From: Candidatus Staskawiczbacteria bacterium
GTDB taxonomy: Bacteria; Patescibacteriota; Minisyncoccia; Minisyncoccales; Staskawiczbacteraceae
NCBI GenBank assembly: GCA_026395295.1
Contig: JAPLYZ010000012.1
Span: 1,299-65,298 of the forward strand
Length of the DNA stretch: 64,000 nt
Direction: 5' to 3'
The translations under genes and the position numbers were made by a program. The notes under the pieces are model-generated. The model was not told the origin of the DNA, searched no databases, and was given only the letters and a program-made list of their open reading frames with translations. Positions 1-8,798 of the stretch are shown one piece after another; the first letter of the stretch is position 1, and every line of letters starts with the position of its first letter.

Positions 1-84
1 TGCGATCAAAAACAAAATTGTGCTAAGCGCCACCAAGCTTATCAATATAGTCCAAACAATTTTGAATAATTTTTTCTTTTTCAT
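1..84 (-). CDS. partial CDS (5' end only) of an unidentified signal/TM-anchored protein running off the window
   Basis: Reverse complement starts with ATG (82-84) and reads MKKKKLFKIVWTILISLVALSTILFLIA with no stop before the window edge. Confidence 0.35.
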   Translation of the reverse strand, partial: MKKKKLFKIVWTILISLVALSTILFLIA

Positions 85-90
85 ATTTTG

Positions 91-507
91 ATGGTAACAA
101 ATTTTAACAAAAAAGCCAATAGGGAGTTTTTTAACAAAGAACTTTTGTTCAAAACAGTAGGGGTTTTATTTTTGATTATAATCGTTGCCTTAGCTTTTTC
201 TGATTGCAAAATTTATCAGCATAAAAAAAATCTCGTTTTACAAGTTAATGCTTATCAGAAAAAAATTGATGATTTAAAAAAAAGCAGTCAGACTTTGAAA
301 GACGAAATTGCCAATTCAGATAACACAGATTATTTAGAAAAACTTGCTTACGAGCAGTTGGGCCAGCAAAGACCGGGCGAAAGGCAAGTGATATTTATAT
401 CTCCTTCGCAGGAAAATCCAAAAGAAGCTCCGAAACCCAAAAATTTCTGGGAATTATGGACAGGTTGGTTGGGGCAGTCGTGGAGCTGGCTAAAAAGTAA
501 AATTTAA
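91..507 (+). CDS. septum formation initiator family protein (FtsB/DivIC-like)
   Basis: Single N-terminal TM helix, then a coiled coil (KKIDDLKKSSQTLKDEIAN) and a DYLEKLAYEQLG..PGE motif typical of FtsB/DivIC. ATG at 91; the ORF track starts at TTG 88. Confidence 0.6.
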   Translation: MVTNFNKKANREFFNKELLFKTVGVLFLIIIVALAFSDCKIYQHKKNLVLQVNAYQKKIDDLKKSSQTLKDEIANSDNTDYLEKLAYEQLGQQRPGERQVIFISPSQENPKEAPKPKNFWELWTGWLGQSWSWLKSKI

Positions 508-524
508 GGTAAGATATTTTTATT

Positions 525-595
525 GCGAGTGTGGTTCAGTGGTAGAATGGTTCCTTCCCAAGGAACAGATGGGGGTTCGATTCCCCTCACTCGCT
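525..595 (+). tRNA. tRNA-Gly (anticodon CCC)
   Basis: Hand-folded cloverleaf: acceptor gcgagtg/cactcgc, anticodon stem gttcc/ggaac, loop ttCCCaa, T-arm ggggg-ttcgatt-cccct. 71 nt, no encoded CCA. Confidence 0.9.
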
Positions 596-722
596 ATTGA
601 CATGGTAGTTAGTATGTGATAAAATTATTGCATAGAGTTCATTGACAATAATAGCCGTAGTTCCTTACGCCGAGGCGTTAGGACGGCTGTCTGCAATGAA
701 TTTTGTTTGAGAGGATTTTCTT

Positions 723-1196
723 ATGAAAAGGATCGTTAGTATTTTTATTGTAGCGGTTGTCTTCGTCGGATTGGCTGGTTGTGGAAACAAAAATAATGAA
801 TCCAAACCACCGATCATCGAAACGAAATCATTTGTGTATATCTCTACCACGGATAGCTACAAGGGCGTTGTGGACGACATCTATCTGCTGAATCAGTGGC
901 TTCAAAACAACCCCGGCAAGAAGGTAGTTTGCTTTTCGGGGGTCCTCGCTTATCGTGAGGGTGTCAGTGGCTATATCGTGTATTTTGTTTCGGGAGATAA
1001 CTCAAAGCAGAAGTTTGAACGAATCAGACGAAACGACAATCCATTGCAAAAACCTGCCGAGTTGGCTGTACACGGGATCCGTTCTCTCCAGGAATGGAAG
1101 AATATTCACATGGACGCTCGGATTATTGGTATCGCCTCCATCCCTGCTTATAGCGGAGGCGTCAGGGAGTTCACGATTTGCTACGAACAACCATGA
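723..1196 (+). CDS. hypothetical lipoprotein (higher-GC islet gene)
   Basis: Signal peptide with lipobox (VGLAGC), SD-like gagagga upstream, visibly higher GC than flanks, own terminator. No family recognised. Confidence 0.6.
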   Translation: MKRIVSIFIVAVVFVGLAGCGNKNNESKPPIIETKSFVYISTTDSYKGVVDDIYLLNQWLQNNPGKKVVCFSGVLAYREGVSGYIVYFVSGDNSKQKFERIRRNDNPLQKPAELAVHGIRSLQEWKNIHMDARIIGIASIPAYSGGVREFTICYEQP

Positions 1197-1211
1197 TACG
1201 TCGCAAGTCGT

Positions 1212-1253
1212 AGACCAGTTTATTGCCGAAAGGTGTGGCTGGTCTCTTTTTTT
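1212..1253 (+). terminator. intrinsic terminator after the lipoprotein gene
   Basis: Stem agaccag/ctggtct followed by a T-tract (ctttttttg). Confidence 0.55.
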
Positions 1254-1302
1254 GTTTTTTAAATCTGTTATAATAATTTAATAATTAAACTAACCTAAAA
1301 TT

Positions 1303-1692
1303 ATGGAAAAATTTAAAACCGCGAAAGAGGCAATTTTATACGAAGACGAAATTTTGTTCGCTTTTTTGGCGAAACATTCCATTGCAGAAGGGCACACTAT
1401 CGTCGCATTGAAAAAAGAAGTTTCTGATTTGAGCAAACTGCAAGACAGAGATTATGATTACCTGATGGATACAGTTTTTGCTGTGAGAAATGCCCTGATG
1501 CTGTCGTTGAAGGTTAAAAAAGTTTATTTAGTTTATATGGACGAGACAAAACAGGTGCACTGGCATTTGATTCCGAGGTACGAGGAAAAAGGTTTTGATG
1601 CTTTTAAGAAAGAACAACAAATTGTAGAAGATTTTTCTCTTGCGGAGAAAATAAAAAAGAACATCAAATTTATCAAAGACCCAAGATTTTAA
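1303..1692 (+). CDS. HIT (histidine triad) family protein
   Basis: About 129 aa with a histidine-triad-like motif VHWHLIPRY near the C-terminal third. Confidence 0.7.
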   Translation: MEKFKTAKEAILYEDEILFAFLAKHSIAEGHTIVALKKEVSDLSKLQDRDYDYLMDTVFAVRNALMLSLKVKKVYLVYMDETKQVHWHLIPRYEEKGFDAFKKEQQIVEDFSLAEKIKKNIKFIKDPRF

Positions 1693-1704
1693 TTTTTTCC
1701 TACT

Positions 1705-1775
1705 GCCGCTTTAGCTTAGTGGTAAAGCAACGGTTTCGTAAACCGTAGACGCAAGTCCGATTCTTGCAAGCGGCT
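1705..1775 (+). tRNA. tRNA-Thr (anticodon CGT)
   Basis: Acceptor gccgctt/aagcggc, D-stem gctt/aagc, anticodon stem acggt/accgt with loop ttCGTaa, T-stem gcaag/cttgc. Confidence 0.9.
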
Positions 1776-1840
1776 CAAGTAAAAGGGTTAAATAATTTTC
1801 GGCTCTTTTTTTTATTCAAAAAATGTGATAAATTTAGATA

Positions 1841-2918
1841 ATGGAAAAGGAATCTGAAAAAATAAAAGAATTGGAAAGCAGGCTCCATCATTTGGTGGAG
1901 TGTCTTTGACGTTGAGGAAAAAGAAAAAAAATTAAAAGAGCTGGAAAAAGAATCGTCAAAACCCGAATTTTGGGATGATTCGGAAAACGCGGGCAAGGTT
2001 CAGCAGGAAATTTCCGAAATAAAAAACGAAATAGAAAGCTTAGAAGAGATTAAAAAAGAACTGGAGGAGCTCAAAATTTTAGAGGATGAAAGTTTAATAA
2101 AATCAATTCAGGAAAAATTAGAGAAGCAGGAGTTCAAAACATTTTTGTCAGGCAAGTATGATAAAAGTAACGCCATAATGGAAATTTTTTCCGGAGCCGG
2201 CGGACAGGATTCGCAAGATTGGGCAACAATGCTTTTAAGAATGTATGAAAGATATTGCGCCAATAAAGGATTCAAAGCAGTAGTTTTGCATCAACAATTC
2301 GGACAAGGTGGCGGACCGGAAGGAAGAATTGGAATTAAATCAGTCACAATGGAAATAACCGGAAGTTATGCTTATGGTTTCTTGAAAAAAGAATCCGGGG
2401 TGCACAGACTTGTCAGGATTTCGCCGTTTAACGCGCAGAAACTTAGGCACACCTCTTTTGCCCTGGTAAATGTTTTACCGGAAGTCAAAGCTAACGAGGC
2501 AGAGTTGGAGATAAGTCCAAGCGATTTGAAAGTGGACACGTTTAAGTCTTCTGGGCCAGGCGGGCAGTATGTTAATAAAACAGAGTCGGCAGTAAGAATA
2601 ACTCATATTCCAACAGGCATTGTTGTAGCTTCGCAAACAGAAAGGTTGCAGGGCAGAAACAAGGAAAACGCGATGAAAATTTTAATTTCAAAATTATACC
2701 AATTGCGCGAGGAGCAACACGTCAAAGAAATAAAAGAAATAAAAGGAGAAAACATCTCAGCCCGGTTTGGAAATCAAATAAGATCTTATGTTTTGCATCC
2801 GTATAAAATGGTAAAAGATTTGCGAACTCAATATGAAACATCAGACGCCGAAGGAGTTCTAAACGGCGATTTAGAAAAATTTATCGAAGCCGAAATGAAA
2901 TTAAATGATAAAGTTTAA
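1841..2918 (+). CDS. prfB: peptide chain release factor 2, requires programmed +1 frameshift at 1904-1910
   Basis: Frame-2 ORF ATG 1841 reads MEKESEKIKELESRLHHLVECL and hits TGA at 1907. Frame 0 from 1908 continues DVEEKEKKLKELEKESSKPEFWDD and joins the tracked ORF 2145-2918, which carries the SPF (RISPFNA) and GGQ (SGPGGQ) motifs. Confidence 0.9.
1895..1910 (+). promoter_or_regulatory. RF2 autoregulatory +1 frameshift site (internal SD-like GGTGGAG, 3-nt spacer, CTT TGA C)
   Basis: Sequence gtggag tgt ctt tga c has the same architecture as E. coli prfB AGGGGG TAT CTT TGA C. Confidence 0.85.
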
Positions 2919-3585
2919 TAATGTAACAAAAATTTATTCGCCGGGGACAATTGTTTTGCAAAACATTTCTTTAGAAATAAAAGAAGGGGAGTTTGTTTCC
3001 TTTGTGGGAAAATCGGGCGCCGGCAAGACAACTTTGGTGCGTTTGATTATGGGTTTAGAGGCTCCCAATTATGGAGAAGTTTATTTTGAAGACATAAATT
3101 TGAACGACGCGAGTTTATCTAAAATTCAGAAAATAAGAAGAAGAATGGGGGCTGTTCATCAGGATTACAAATTGTTGCCCAAAAAAACTGTTTACGAAAA
3201 TGTTGCCTATATTATGCAGGTGGAAGGCAAAGACGACGAAGAAATAGCAAGAGAAGTGTCGAAAGTTTTAGAAGTTATTGGGCTGAAAAATAAAGTTGAT
3301 AATTTCCCGGATGAACTTTCCGGCGGAGAACAGCAAAGGCTGGCGATTGCCAGAGCCCTTGTGAATCAGCCCGATGTTATTATTGCCGACGAGCCGACGG
3401 GGAACCTTGATCCATATAACTCTTACGAAGTAATCTCGCTGTTGCAGAAAATGAATCAAGCGGGGAAAACAGTTATTTTAGCCACTCATGACAGGGAGAT
3501 AATAAATAAATTAGGAAAAAGAGTTATAACCATAGAAGACGGAAAAATAGTCCGCGACGAAGCAGAAGGGCGGTTCATAATATAG
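2905..3585 (+). CDS. ftsE: cell division ATP-binding protein FtsE
   Basis: ABC ATPase with Walker A GKSGAGKTT, signature LSGGEQQR and Walker B VIIADEPT. Directly followed by ftsX. Confidence 0.9.
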   Translation: MIKFNNVTKIYSPGTIVLQNISLEIKEGEFVSFVGKSGAGKTTLVRLIMGLEAPNYGEVYFEDINLNDASLSKIQKIRRRMGAVHQDYKLLPKKTVYENVAYIMQVEGKDDEEIAREVSKVLEVIGLKNKVDNFPDELSGGEQQRLAIARALVNQPDVIIADEPTGNLDPYNSYEVISLLQKMNQAGKTVILATHDREIINKLGKRVITIEDGKIVRDEAEGRFII

Positions 3586-3652
3586 TGTCATTCCCGCGAA
3601 AGCGTGAATCCAGAATTCAAAACCTGGATTCCCAATCAAGTTGGGAATGACA
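3586..3652. repeat. composite GC-rich palindromic element, family 1 (gtcattccc...gggaatcc / ggattccc...gggaatgac)
   Basis: tgtcattcccgcgaaagcgtgaatccag-aattcaaaac-ctggattcccaatcaagttgggaatgaca. Related copies at 15323, 17913, 20809 and 51791. Confidence 0.85.
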
Positions 3653-4573
3653 AATTACATGTTCACAAATTTCAAAAGAGTTTTCACTTTCGCGATGAAT
3701 GATTTCGGCAGAAACAAAGGCATATCAATTGCCGCGATTTTTGTTTTGACAATAACAATTATGCTTATGACAAGCCTATTTTTTTTCCAGGGAATGGCCG
3801 GTTATTTGACCTCTCAAATTCAGGACAAAATAGACGTGACGGCTTACTTTAAAGACGGAACGCAGGAAAAAGACATTCTAAGCGTTAAAGACCAAATTAT
3901 AAAAATGTCGCCAAGCATAAAAAATGTTGAGTATGTCTCTAAAGATCAGGCGCTGGCTATTTTTAACGAAAAACACAAGGACAACCCAATTTTAGCTAAG
4001 GCGTTGCAAGAGGTTGGGGAGAATCCGTTTCTGCCGTCTTTGAACATTACAACCAATGGAGATCTGGCTCAATATGCATCTGTTGCAAATATCCTTCAAA
4101 CGTCAGATTTCAGCAAACTGGTTGACAAGGTTGATTTTTCGCAAAAAAAAGATACCATTGAGAAAGTTTATTCAATTACTTCGAGCATAGATACATTCGG
4201 AATTTTGCTTGGAATTATTTTAATAATTGTTGCCATACTGGTTGTTTTTAACACCATAAAACTTGCCATAGAAAACTCAAAAGAGGAAATTGGAACAATG
4301 AGAACAGTTGGCGCTTCTGATTGGTTTATCCGCGGTCCATTTGTAATTCAGGGAATAATTTATGGAGTTGTTTCATTTTTAATTTGCATTTCAATTTCCG
4401 CAATTTCCGCTTATTTTTTGTCGTCTCGAGTGTCAGCTGTTTTGCCGGGCTTTGATATATTCAATTACTTCTTGACTAATTGGTTAATTTTTGTTTTAAT
4501 ACAACTATGTTTTGGAATTGGCGTGGGAGCAATTTCCGCCTTCCTTGTCGTTAAAAAGCATTTAGAATTGTAG
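3647..4573 (+). CDS. ftsX: cell division permease FtsX
   Basis: N-terminal TM, large extracytoplasmic domain and three C-terminal TMs, downstream of ftsE. ATG 3647 or 3659 is more likely than the tracked TTG 3641, which lies inside the repeat. Confidence 0.85.
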   Translation: MTNYMFTNFKRVFTFAMNDFGRNKGISIAAIFVLTITIMLMTSLFFFQGMAGYLTSQIQDKIDVTAYFKDGTQEKDILSVKDQIIKMSPSIKNVEYVSKDQALAIFNEKHKDNPILAKALQEVGENPFLPSLNITTNGDLAQYASVANILQTSDFSKLVDKVDFSQKKDTIEKVYSITSSIDTFGILLGIILIIVAILVVFNTIKLAIENSKEEIGTMRTVGASDWFIRGPFVIQGIIYGVVSFLICISISAISAYFLSSRVSAVLPGFDIFNYFLTNWLIFVLIQLCFGIGVGAISAFLVVKKHLEL

Positions 4574-4584
4574 ACAATAAATTT

Positions 4585-4655
4585 TGCGGGATCGTCTAAT
4601 GGTAGGACACATCCCTCTGGAGGATGGTATCTTGGTTCGAGTCCAAGTCCCGCAG
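4585..4655 (+). tRNA. tRNA-Gln (anticodon CTG)
   Basis: Acceptor tgcggga/tcccgca (U1-A72 as usual for Gln), anticodon stem catcc/ggatg with loop ctCTGga, T-stem cttgg/ccaag. Confidence 0.9.
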
Positions 4656-4854
4656 CACGAGGTCTAAAAGGTCGTGGGCAAAATTTAAAATTAAAAATTT
4701 ACACGAATATGGCAAGTTGGGCAGATAAAAAAAGGTTAGGCAGGAAAATAAAAAGAAGGAACAGGACCAAGCTTAACAAAAGAACGAAGTAGAATTTATA
4801 AGTGAAAAATCGCCACGCTTTTGTGTTGTAGGCGATTTTTTGTTAAAATAAGGT

Positions 4855-5574
4855 ATGGAATATGAAGAGATTATTAAGAAATTAGAATCGCTGAAAAACC
4901 CGAGAAATGTTGAGGGTATGGCGCATTTTGGCATACGGCCGAAAATAACAGCATTGGGGGCGCCAACTCCAGAATTAAGAAAACTGGCGAGGCAAATAAA
5001 AAAAGATCACGACATTGCGTTAAAATTATGGGATAAAAAAATTCACGAATCGAGAGTTTTGGCGAGCATGGTTGACGAACCGGACAAAGTAACCGAAAAA
5101 CAAATGGAGAAGTGGGCTGAAGATTTTGATTCGTGGGGCGTCTGCGACCAGGCGTGTATGAATCTTTTTTGCAGAACAAAATTTGCTCACAAGAAAGTTT
5201 TCGATTTTGCAAAAAGAGAAGAGGAATTTGTTAGAAGGACTGCTTTTGCTTTAATTGCCACTTTGGCAGTGCATGACAAAAAAGCGACCGACAAAGAATT
5301 TATAAAATTTTTCCCATTAATAAAGAAAGCATCAACCGATGAAAGGAATTTTGTAAAAAAAGCAGTAAACTGGGCTTTGCGCCAAATCGGAAAAAGAAAC
5401 AAGAAACTAAATAAAGAAGCCATAAAATTGGCGAAAGAAATTCACCCGGTCATCCGACCGGGTGCCCCGTTGGATAACGGGGCAAAATCAGCTAAATGGA
5501 TTGCCAGTGACGCTTTGCGAGAGCTTACAAGCGAAGCAGTGCAAAAAAGATTAAATGAAAAATATCTTCAATAA
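4855..5574 (+). CDS. DNA alkylation repair enzyme family protein (AlkD-like HEAT repeats)
   Basis: Resembles the PF08713-type pattern (ESRVLA...WGVCDQAC...FVRRTAFALIA...ERNFVKKAVNWALRQIGKRN). Carries an in-frame palindromic insert near the C-terminus. Confidence 0.7.
   Translation: MEYEEIIKKLESLKNPRNVEGMAHFGIRPKITALGAPTPELRKLARQIKKDHDIALKLWDKKIHESRVLASMVDEPDKVTEKQMEKWAEDFDSWGVCDQACMNLFCRTKFAHKKVFDFAKREEEFVRRTAFALIATLAVHDKKATDKEFIKFFPLIKKASTDERNFVKKAVNWALRQIGKRNKKLNKEAIKLAKEIHPVIRPGAPLDNGAKSAKWIASDALRELTSEAVQKRLNEKYLQ
5443..5482. repeat. two adjacent GC-rich hairpins inside the AlkD-like CDS (in frame)
   Basis: cacccggtc-atcc-gaccgggtg and ccccgtt-ggat-aacgggg, translated IHPVIRPGAPLDNGAKS. 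Confidence 0.75.
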
Positions 5575-6052
5575 AAAATTAATAGATAGGGCGTTTGAAC
5601 TCGGGATTTTAATAAAATCTTTTTTTGGGATATTTGAAATTTTGGCCGGGATCATTTTGGCAATTTCCGGCAGGTTGATGGTGAACAATTTTATTATTGC
5701 CCTAACTCAGCAGGAAATATCCGAGGACCCGAATGATTTTTTTGCCAACTATTTAATAAACGGCGTGAATAATTTTTCCGCCGGCAGTAATATTTTCGCC
5801 GTAGCTTATCTTGTTTTTCATGGATTGGTTAACATATCCCTGGCTATAGCTTTGTTGAAAAACAAAATTTGGGCTTATCCGTGGGCGCTTTTCGGATTTA
5901 GCGCCTTTTTAATTTATCAGACATACAGATATGTCCACAATCACTCTGTGTTGCTTTTGTTCTTAACCCTGGCAGATGCTCTTATTCTGTTTATTGTGTT
6001 GTTGGAGTATAAAAAAAAGAGGCGTAAGGCATTGTTCGGTTATAAAATATGA
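5555..6052 (+). CDS. DUF2127-like membrane protein
   Basis: Four predicted TM helices. Sequence pattern recalled as DUF2127; not verifiable here. Confidence 0.5.
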   Translation: MKNIFNKKLIDRAFELGILIKSFFGIFEILAGIILAISGRLMVNNFIIALTQQEISEDPNDFFANYLINGVNNFSAGSNIFAVAYLVFHGLVNISLAIALLKNKIWAYPWALFGFSAFLIYQTYRYVHNHSVLLLFLTLADALILFIVLLEYKKKRRKALFGYKI

Positions 6053-6525
6053 AGATGATATTAGAAATATTTTTAGTAATAATTGTTGTTATTTTATTGA
6101 TTTGTTCATTTTTTTATTATGCGGAGACCTTGATAGCACCGGCTCCCAATCAGAATCAATTGGGTTCTGTTTGTTTTAATGATAATTGTTTTCAGGTTGA
6201 GTTGGCAAAAACAAAAGCCGAGCGGGACAGGGGATTGATGTATAGAAAAGAGCTGGGCAAAGACAAAGGAATGCTTTTTGTTTTTGACAAAAGCGGAATT
6301 TATCCGTTTTGGATGAAAGACACCTTAATTCCCTTGGATATGATATGGATAGACAGCAATAGTAAGGTTGTTTTTATCGCTCATAATGTTCAGCCTTGCA
6401 AAAGTTTGATTTGTCCCTCTGTTTTTCCCGCTGCCAGAGCAAAGTATGTTTTAGAGGTAAACTCCGGCATTTGCCAAGACCTCGGACTGAAGTTGGGTGA
6501 TGTATTAAAAATTTCCCTTGACTAA
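6049..6525 (+). CDS. DUF192 domain protein
   Basis: N-terminal TM anchor plus RDRGLMYR...GMLFVF...FWMKDTLIPLDMIWID motif block typical of DUF192 (COG1430). Confidence 0.7.
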   Translation: MKMILEIFLVIIVVILLICSFFYYAETLIAPAPNQNQLGSVCFNDNCFQVELAKTKAERDRGLMYRKELGKDKGMLFVFDKSGIYPFWMKDTLIPLDMIWIDSNSKVVFIAHNVQPCKSLICPSVFPAARAKYVLEVNSGICQDLGLKLGDVLKISLD

Positions 6526-6570
6526 CTTTTTTGTGTTATAATTGAACAATATAATTAAAAAAGAAAAAAT

Positions 6571-7278
6571 ATGGATAATCAAATACAAAAGTATATTGAG
6601 CAGGCTAGAGCGTCGGGCCAAAAAGATGAGCAGATAAAACAAACTCTTTTGCAAAGCGGGTGGAATCAAGCTCAAATCAACGAAGCTTTTGGAATTCCCA
6701 ATCCTCCGAGTAATGTTGTGTCTCCTCCGCCACCGCCGCCCACTCGTGGTCAAAGTTTTAACCCGGAATCTTTAACTAAAGATCCAAAACTTATTACCAC
6801 GGTAAAGACTTTCGCAATTTACGCCCCCGTACTATCAGTTGTCAGTTTCGTTGTCGGAGTTGTTACTTCGGGATTTAGATACAGTTTTTATTTGGGAATG
6901 TTTTCTGTTCCGGCTCTGATAATGGCAATAATTTCAGGCGTTATCGGCGGCGCCATTGGTGGGATTATTTTCTTTTTCATTTACGACCCGGTTCATAGCT
7001 GGGTAAAACGCACGCCGTTTTTAGCCAAGTATATCCATAATATGTTTGAATTATTTTGGATTCCTTCGCTGGTTTTTTCAATTATCGGCGGAGCATTCGG
7101 CCTTCTTGGCTTGCTGTCTTTGGGCGCTGTAAGCGTTGGCATAATGGGCGGTTACGGAGCAGTTAGCGTTGGAGGAGCTTTTATAGGTGTAATTATAAGT
7201 TTAGCCGCAAACTTAGTGGTTTATTATTTCTACGCCAAAATGATTTCCGCAAAACTTGAATCAATGTATCCTTGGTAA
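6571..7278 (+). CDS. hypothetical membrane protein with Pro-rich linker
   Basis: Soluble N-terminal segment, PPSNVVSPPPPPP linker, then four or more Gly-rich TM helices. No family recognised. Confidence 0.5.
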   Translation: MDNQIQKYIEQARASGQKDEQIKQTLLQSGWNQAQINEAFGIPNPPSNVVSPPPPPPTRGQSFNPESLTKDPKLITTVKTFAIYAPVLSVVSFVVGVVTSGFRYSFYLGMFSVPALIMAIISGVIGGAIGGIIFFFIYDPVHSWVKRTPFLAKYIHNMFELFWIPSLVFSIIGGAFGLLGLLSLGAVSVGIMGGYGAVSVGGAFIGVIISLAANLVVYYFYAKMISAKLESMYPW

Positions 7279-7311
7279 TGATATAAACAATAGACAAACT
7301 TATAAAAGACT

Positions 7312-7944
7312 ATGCAAAACAAAAATTATACGAAAGGGTTTTCGGTCGTCGCTATAATCGCAATCATTGCCGGTGTTTTAGTTATCGGCGGAGGAGCGTA
7401 TTATTATTTTAGCAGTCATAATGCTCCTGTTGCCAATTCGGGTATTCCTAATCAAGAAACAAATTCTAATCCGCCGGCGGTAAATACAAATACAAATCCA
7501 GCTAACAAAACATTATCGGGAAATGCTTGTGATTATTTTACCTTGGATATTGCTCAAGCAAATTTTAATAATCCCGTTTTTGATCGCAAATTAAGCGCAA
7601 CAGGAGTTAATGGTATATGTGATTACTCGAATAACGGGCTAGGAAACTATTATCCAAAACCCGGAGCTTACAATGTCGCGTTTATCATTGTTACAAAAAA
7701 TTACTCGCCATCAGATTCTACATACGATTATGATGGTAGTAAAACAGACTCAACATGGCAGGATTTGCAAGGAATTGGGGATAAAGCTTACTGGTATTAC
7801 CATACTGAAAAAGGATCTTTCACGATAAATTTTGTTAAAGCAGGGATGCTTGCCTCAGTCATGTTAAATAATGATGGTACAATTCAAGAAAAGGAAATAA
7901 AGGCAGAAAACATCGCAAAAGCTATAATTAAAAAACTACCTTAA
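7312..7944 (+). CDS. hypothetical secreted/anchored protein
   Basis: N-terminal hydrophobic anchor (FSVVAIIAIIAGVLVIGGGAYYYF), Asn/Pro-rich linker and a globular domain. No family recognised. Confidence 0.5.
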   Translation: MQNKNYTKGFSVVAIIAIIAGVLVIGGGAYYYFSSHNAPVANSGIPNQETNSNPPAVNTNTNPANKTLSGNACDYFTLDIAQANFNNPVFDRKLSATGVNGICDYSNNGLGNYYPKPGAYNVAFIIVTKNYSPSDSTYDYDGSKTDSTWQDLQGIGDKAYWYYHTEKGSFTINFVKAGMLASVMLNNDGTIQEKEIKAENIAKAIIKKLP

Positions 7945-7956
7945 TTTTTATAAAAC

Positions 7957-7981
7957 AAAAAACCGCGTTAAGCGGTTTTTT
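7957..7981. terminator. bidirectional intrinsic terminator between convergent genes
   Basis: aaaaaccgc-gttaa-gcggttttt, with an A-tract on one side and a T-tract on the other. Confidence 0.6.
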
Positions 7982-7997
7982 GGTTGATTAGCAAAAA

Positions 7998-8177
7998 TTA
8001 TCTGCTGAATCTTGGAGGTCTCTTTTTTGACCAGCATTCTCTGCAATAGATTGGTCTGTCTGGAGCTGGCTCAAAAGGAAGCTCTGTAATTTCTACTCCG
8101 CACTCGGAGCATTTCCAGTTTCCTTTAACCGGCTCTCTGCGGACGAAACCTCCGCTGTTGTTGTTTCTTTCGAACAT
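7998..8177 (-). CDS. small CxxC-x18-CxxC zinc-ribbon protein (59 aa, below the ORF-track cutoff)
   Basis: Reverse-strand ORF hand-translated as MFERNNNSGGFVRREPVKGNWKCSECGVEITELPFEPAPDRPIYCRECWSKKRPPRFSR. Resembles the CxxC-x17-CxxC domain family. Own promoter and terminator. Confidence 0.7.
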   Translation of the reverse strand: MFERNNNSGGFVRREPVKGNWKCSECGVEITELPFEPAPDRPIYCRECWSKKRPPRFSR

Positions 8178-8254
8178 TTTTGTTTTCTTTTTTTATTTGT
8201 AAAACGACCTTTGCCTCAAAGTCGTTTTATTGATCGACTTATTAGCTTATTTTC

Positions 8255-8282
8255 ATTATACTCCTAATTTAGTATGTGTCAA
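8255..8282 (-). promoter_or_regulatory. candidate sigma-70-type promoter for the CxxC gene
   Basis: On the minus strand: TTGACA c-atactaaattaggag TATAAT (16-nt spacer). The resulting ~75-nt leader contains the hairpin aaaacgac/gtcgtttt. Confidence 0.45.
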
Positions 8283-8345
8283 GGGTTTAACTATTTTAGC
8301 TTAGGATGTATGATTGACTTATAATAATATTAAAAATATAAAATT

Positions 8346-8795
8346 ATGATAAACACAAAACAAGGGGCTTGGCTTTTAGCAATTTTAGGATTAATAATGG
8401 TTATTTTATTGGGAATTTTATTTTTTGTACCAGCAAAATTTCCTGAAGAAAAATCCGTAACCGGTGTGCAAGGTTTAACTATTTTTTCTCTTAGACCGAA
8501 TCAGGAAATATCTTCACCTCTAAAAATTACTGGCGCAGTTAATGGAAACGGCTGGGCAGGGTTTGAAGGTCAGGTTGGGACGGTCGCGCTTTTGGATAAT
8601 AGCGGAAAGTCTATAGCGTCGGCGCCGTTAACGGCTACTACTGATTGGATGAAGTTTCCCGCAAGCTTTGAGGCAAATTTAGATTTTAAATCTGATGTAC
8701 CGCAATCAGGGACATTGGTTTTTCATAACGAAAACCCCAGCGATATGAGAGACAAAGATAGAACATTTGTTTTACCTGTGATTTTACAACCATAG
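8346..8795 (+). CDS. secreted Ig-like (Gmad2-like) domain protein
   Basis: N-terminal TM/signal, then ISSPLKITGAVNGNGWAGFEGQVGTVALLDNSGK...TDWMKF, recalled as a Gmad2/GerMN-type fold. Confidence 0.5.
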   Translation: MINTKQGAWLLAILGLIMVILLGILFFVPAKFPEEKSVTGVQGLTIFSLRPNQEISSPLKITGAVNGNGWAGFEGQVGTVALLDNSGKSIASAPLTATTDWMKFPASFEANLDFKSDVPQSGTLVFHNENPSDMRDKDRTFVLPVILQP

Positions 8796-8798
8796 TCA

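Noticed and set aside
525-1260. tRNA-Gly-targeted integrative element
   Set aside because: The GC-richer lipoprotein gene follows tRNA-Gly, but I found no repeat of the tRNA 3' end downstream and no integrase. It is treated only as an orphan islet.
955-1281. Overlapping alternative-frame ORFs (955-1281 +, 1002-1190 -, 665-850 -) around the lipoprotein gene
   Set aside because: The 723-1196 frame has a signal peptide with lipobox, an SD and a terminator. The others lack start context and overlap it extensively.
1775-1996. 73-aa minus-strand ORF overlapping the prfB 5' region
   Set aside because: It lies antisense to the N-terminal, pre-frameshift and post-frameshift part of prfB, which has a clear RF2-like translation. 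The product is low-complexity Phe/Ser-rich, typical of a shadow ORF in AT-rich DNA.
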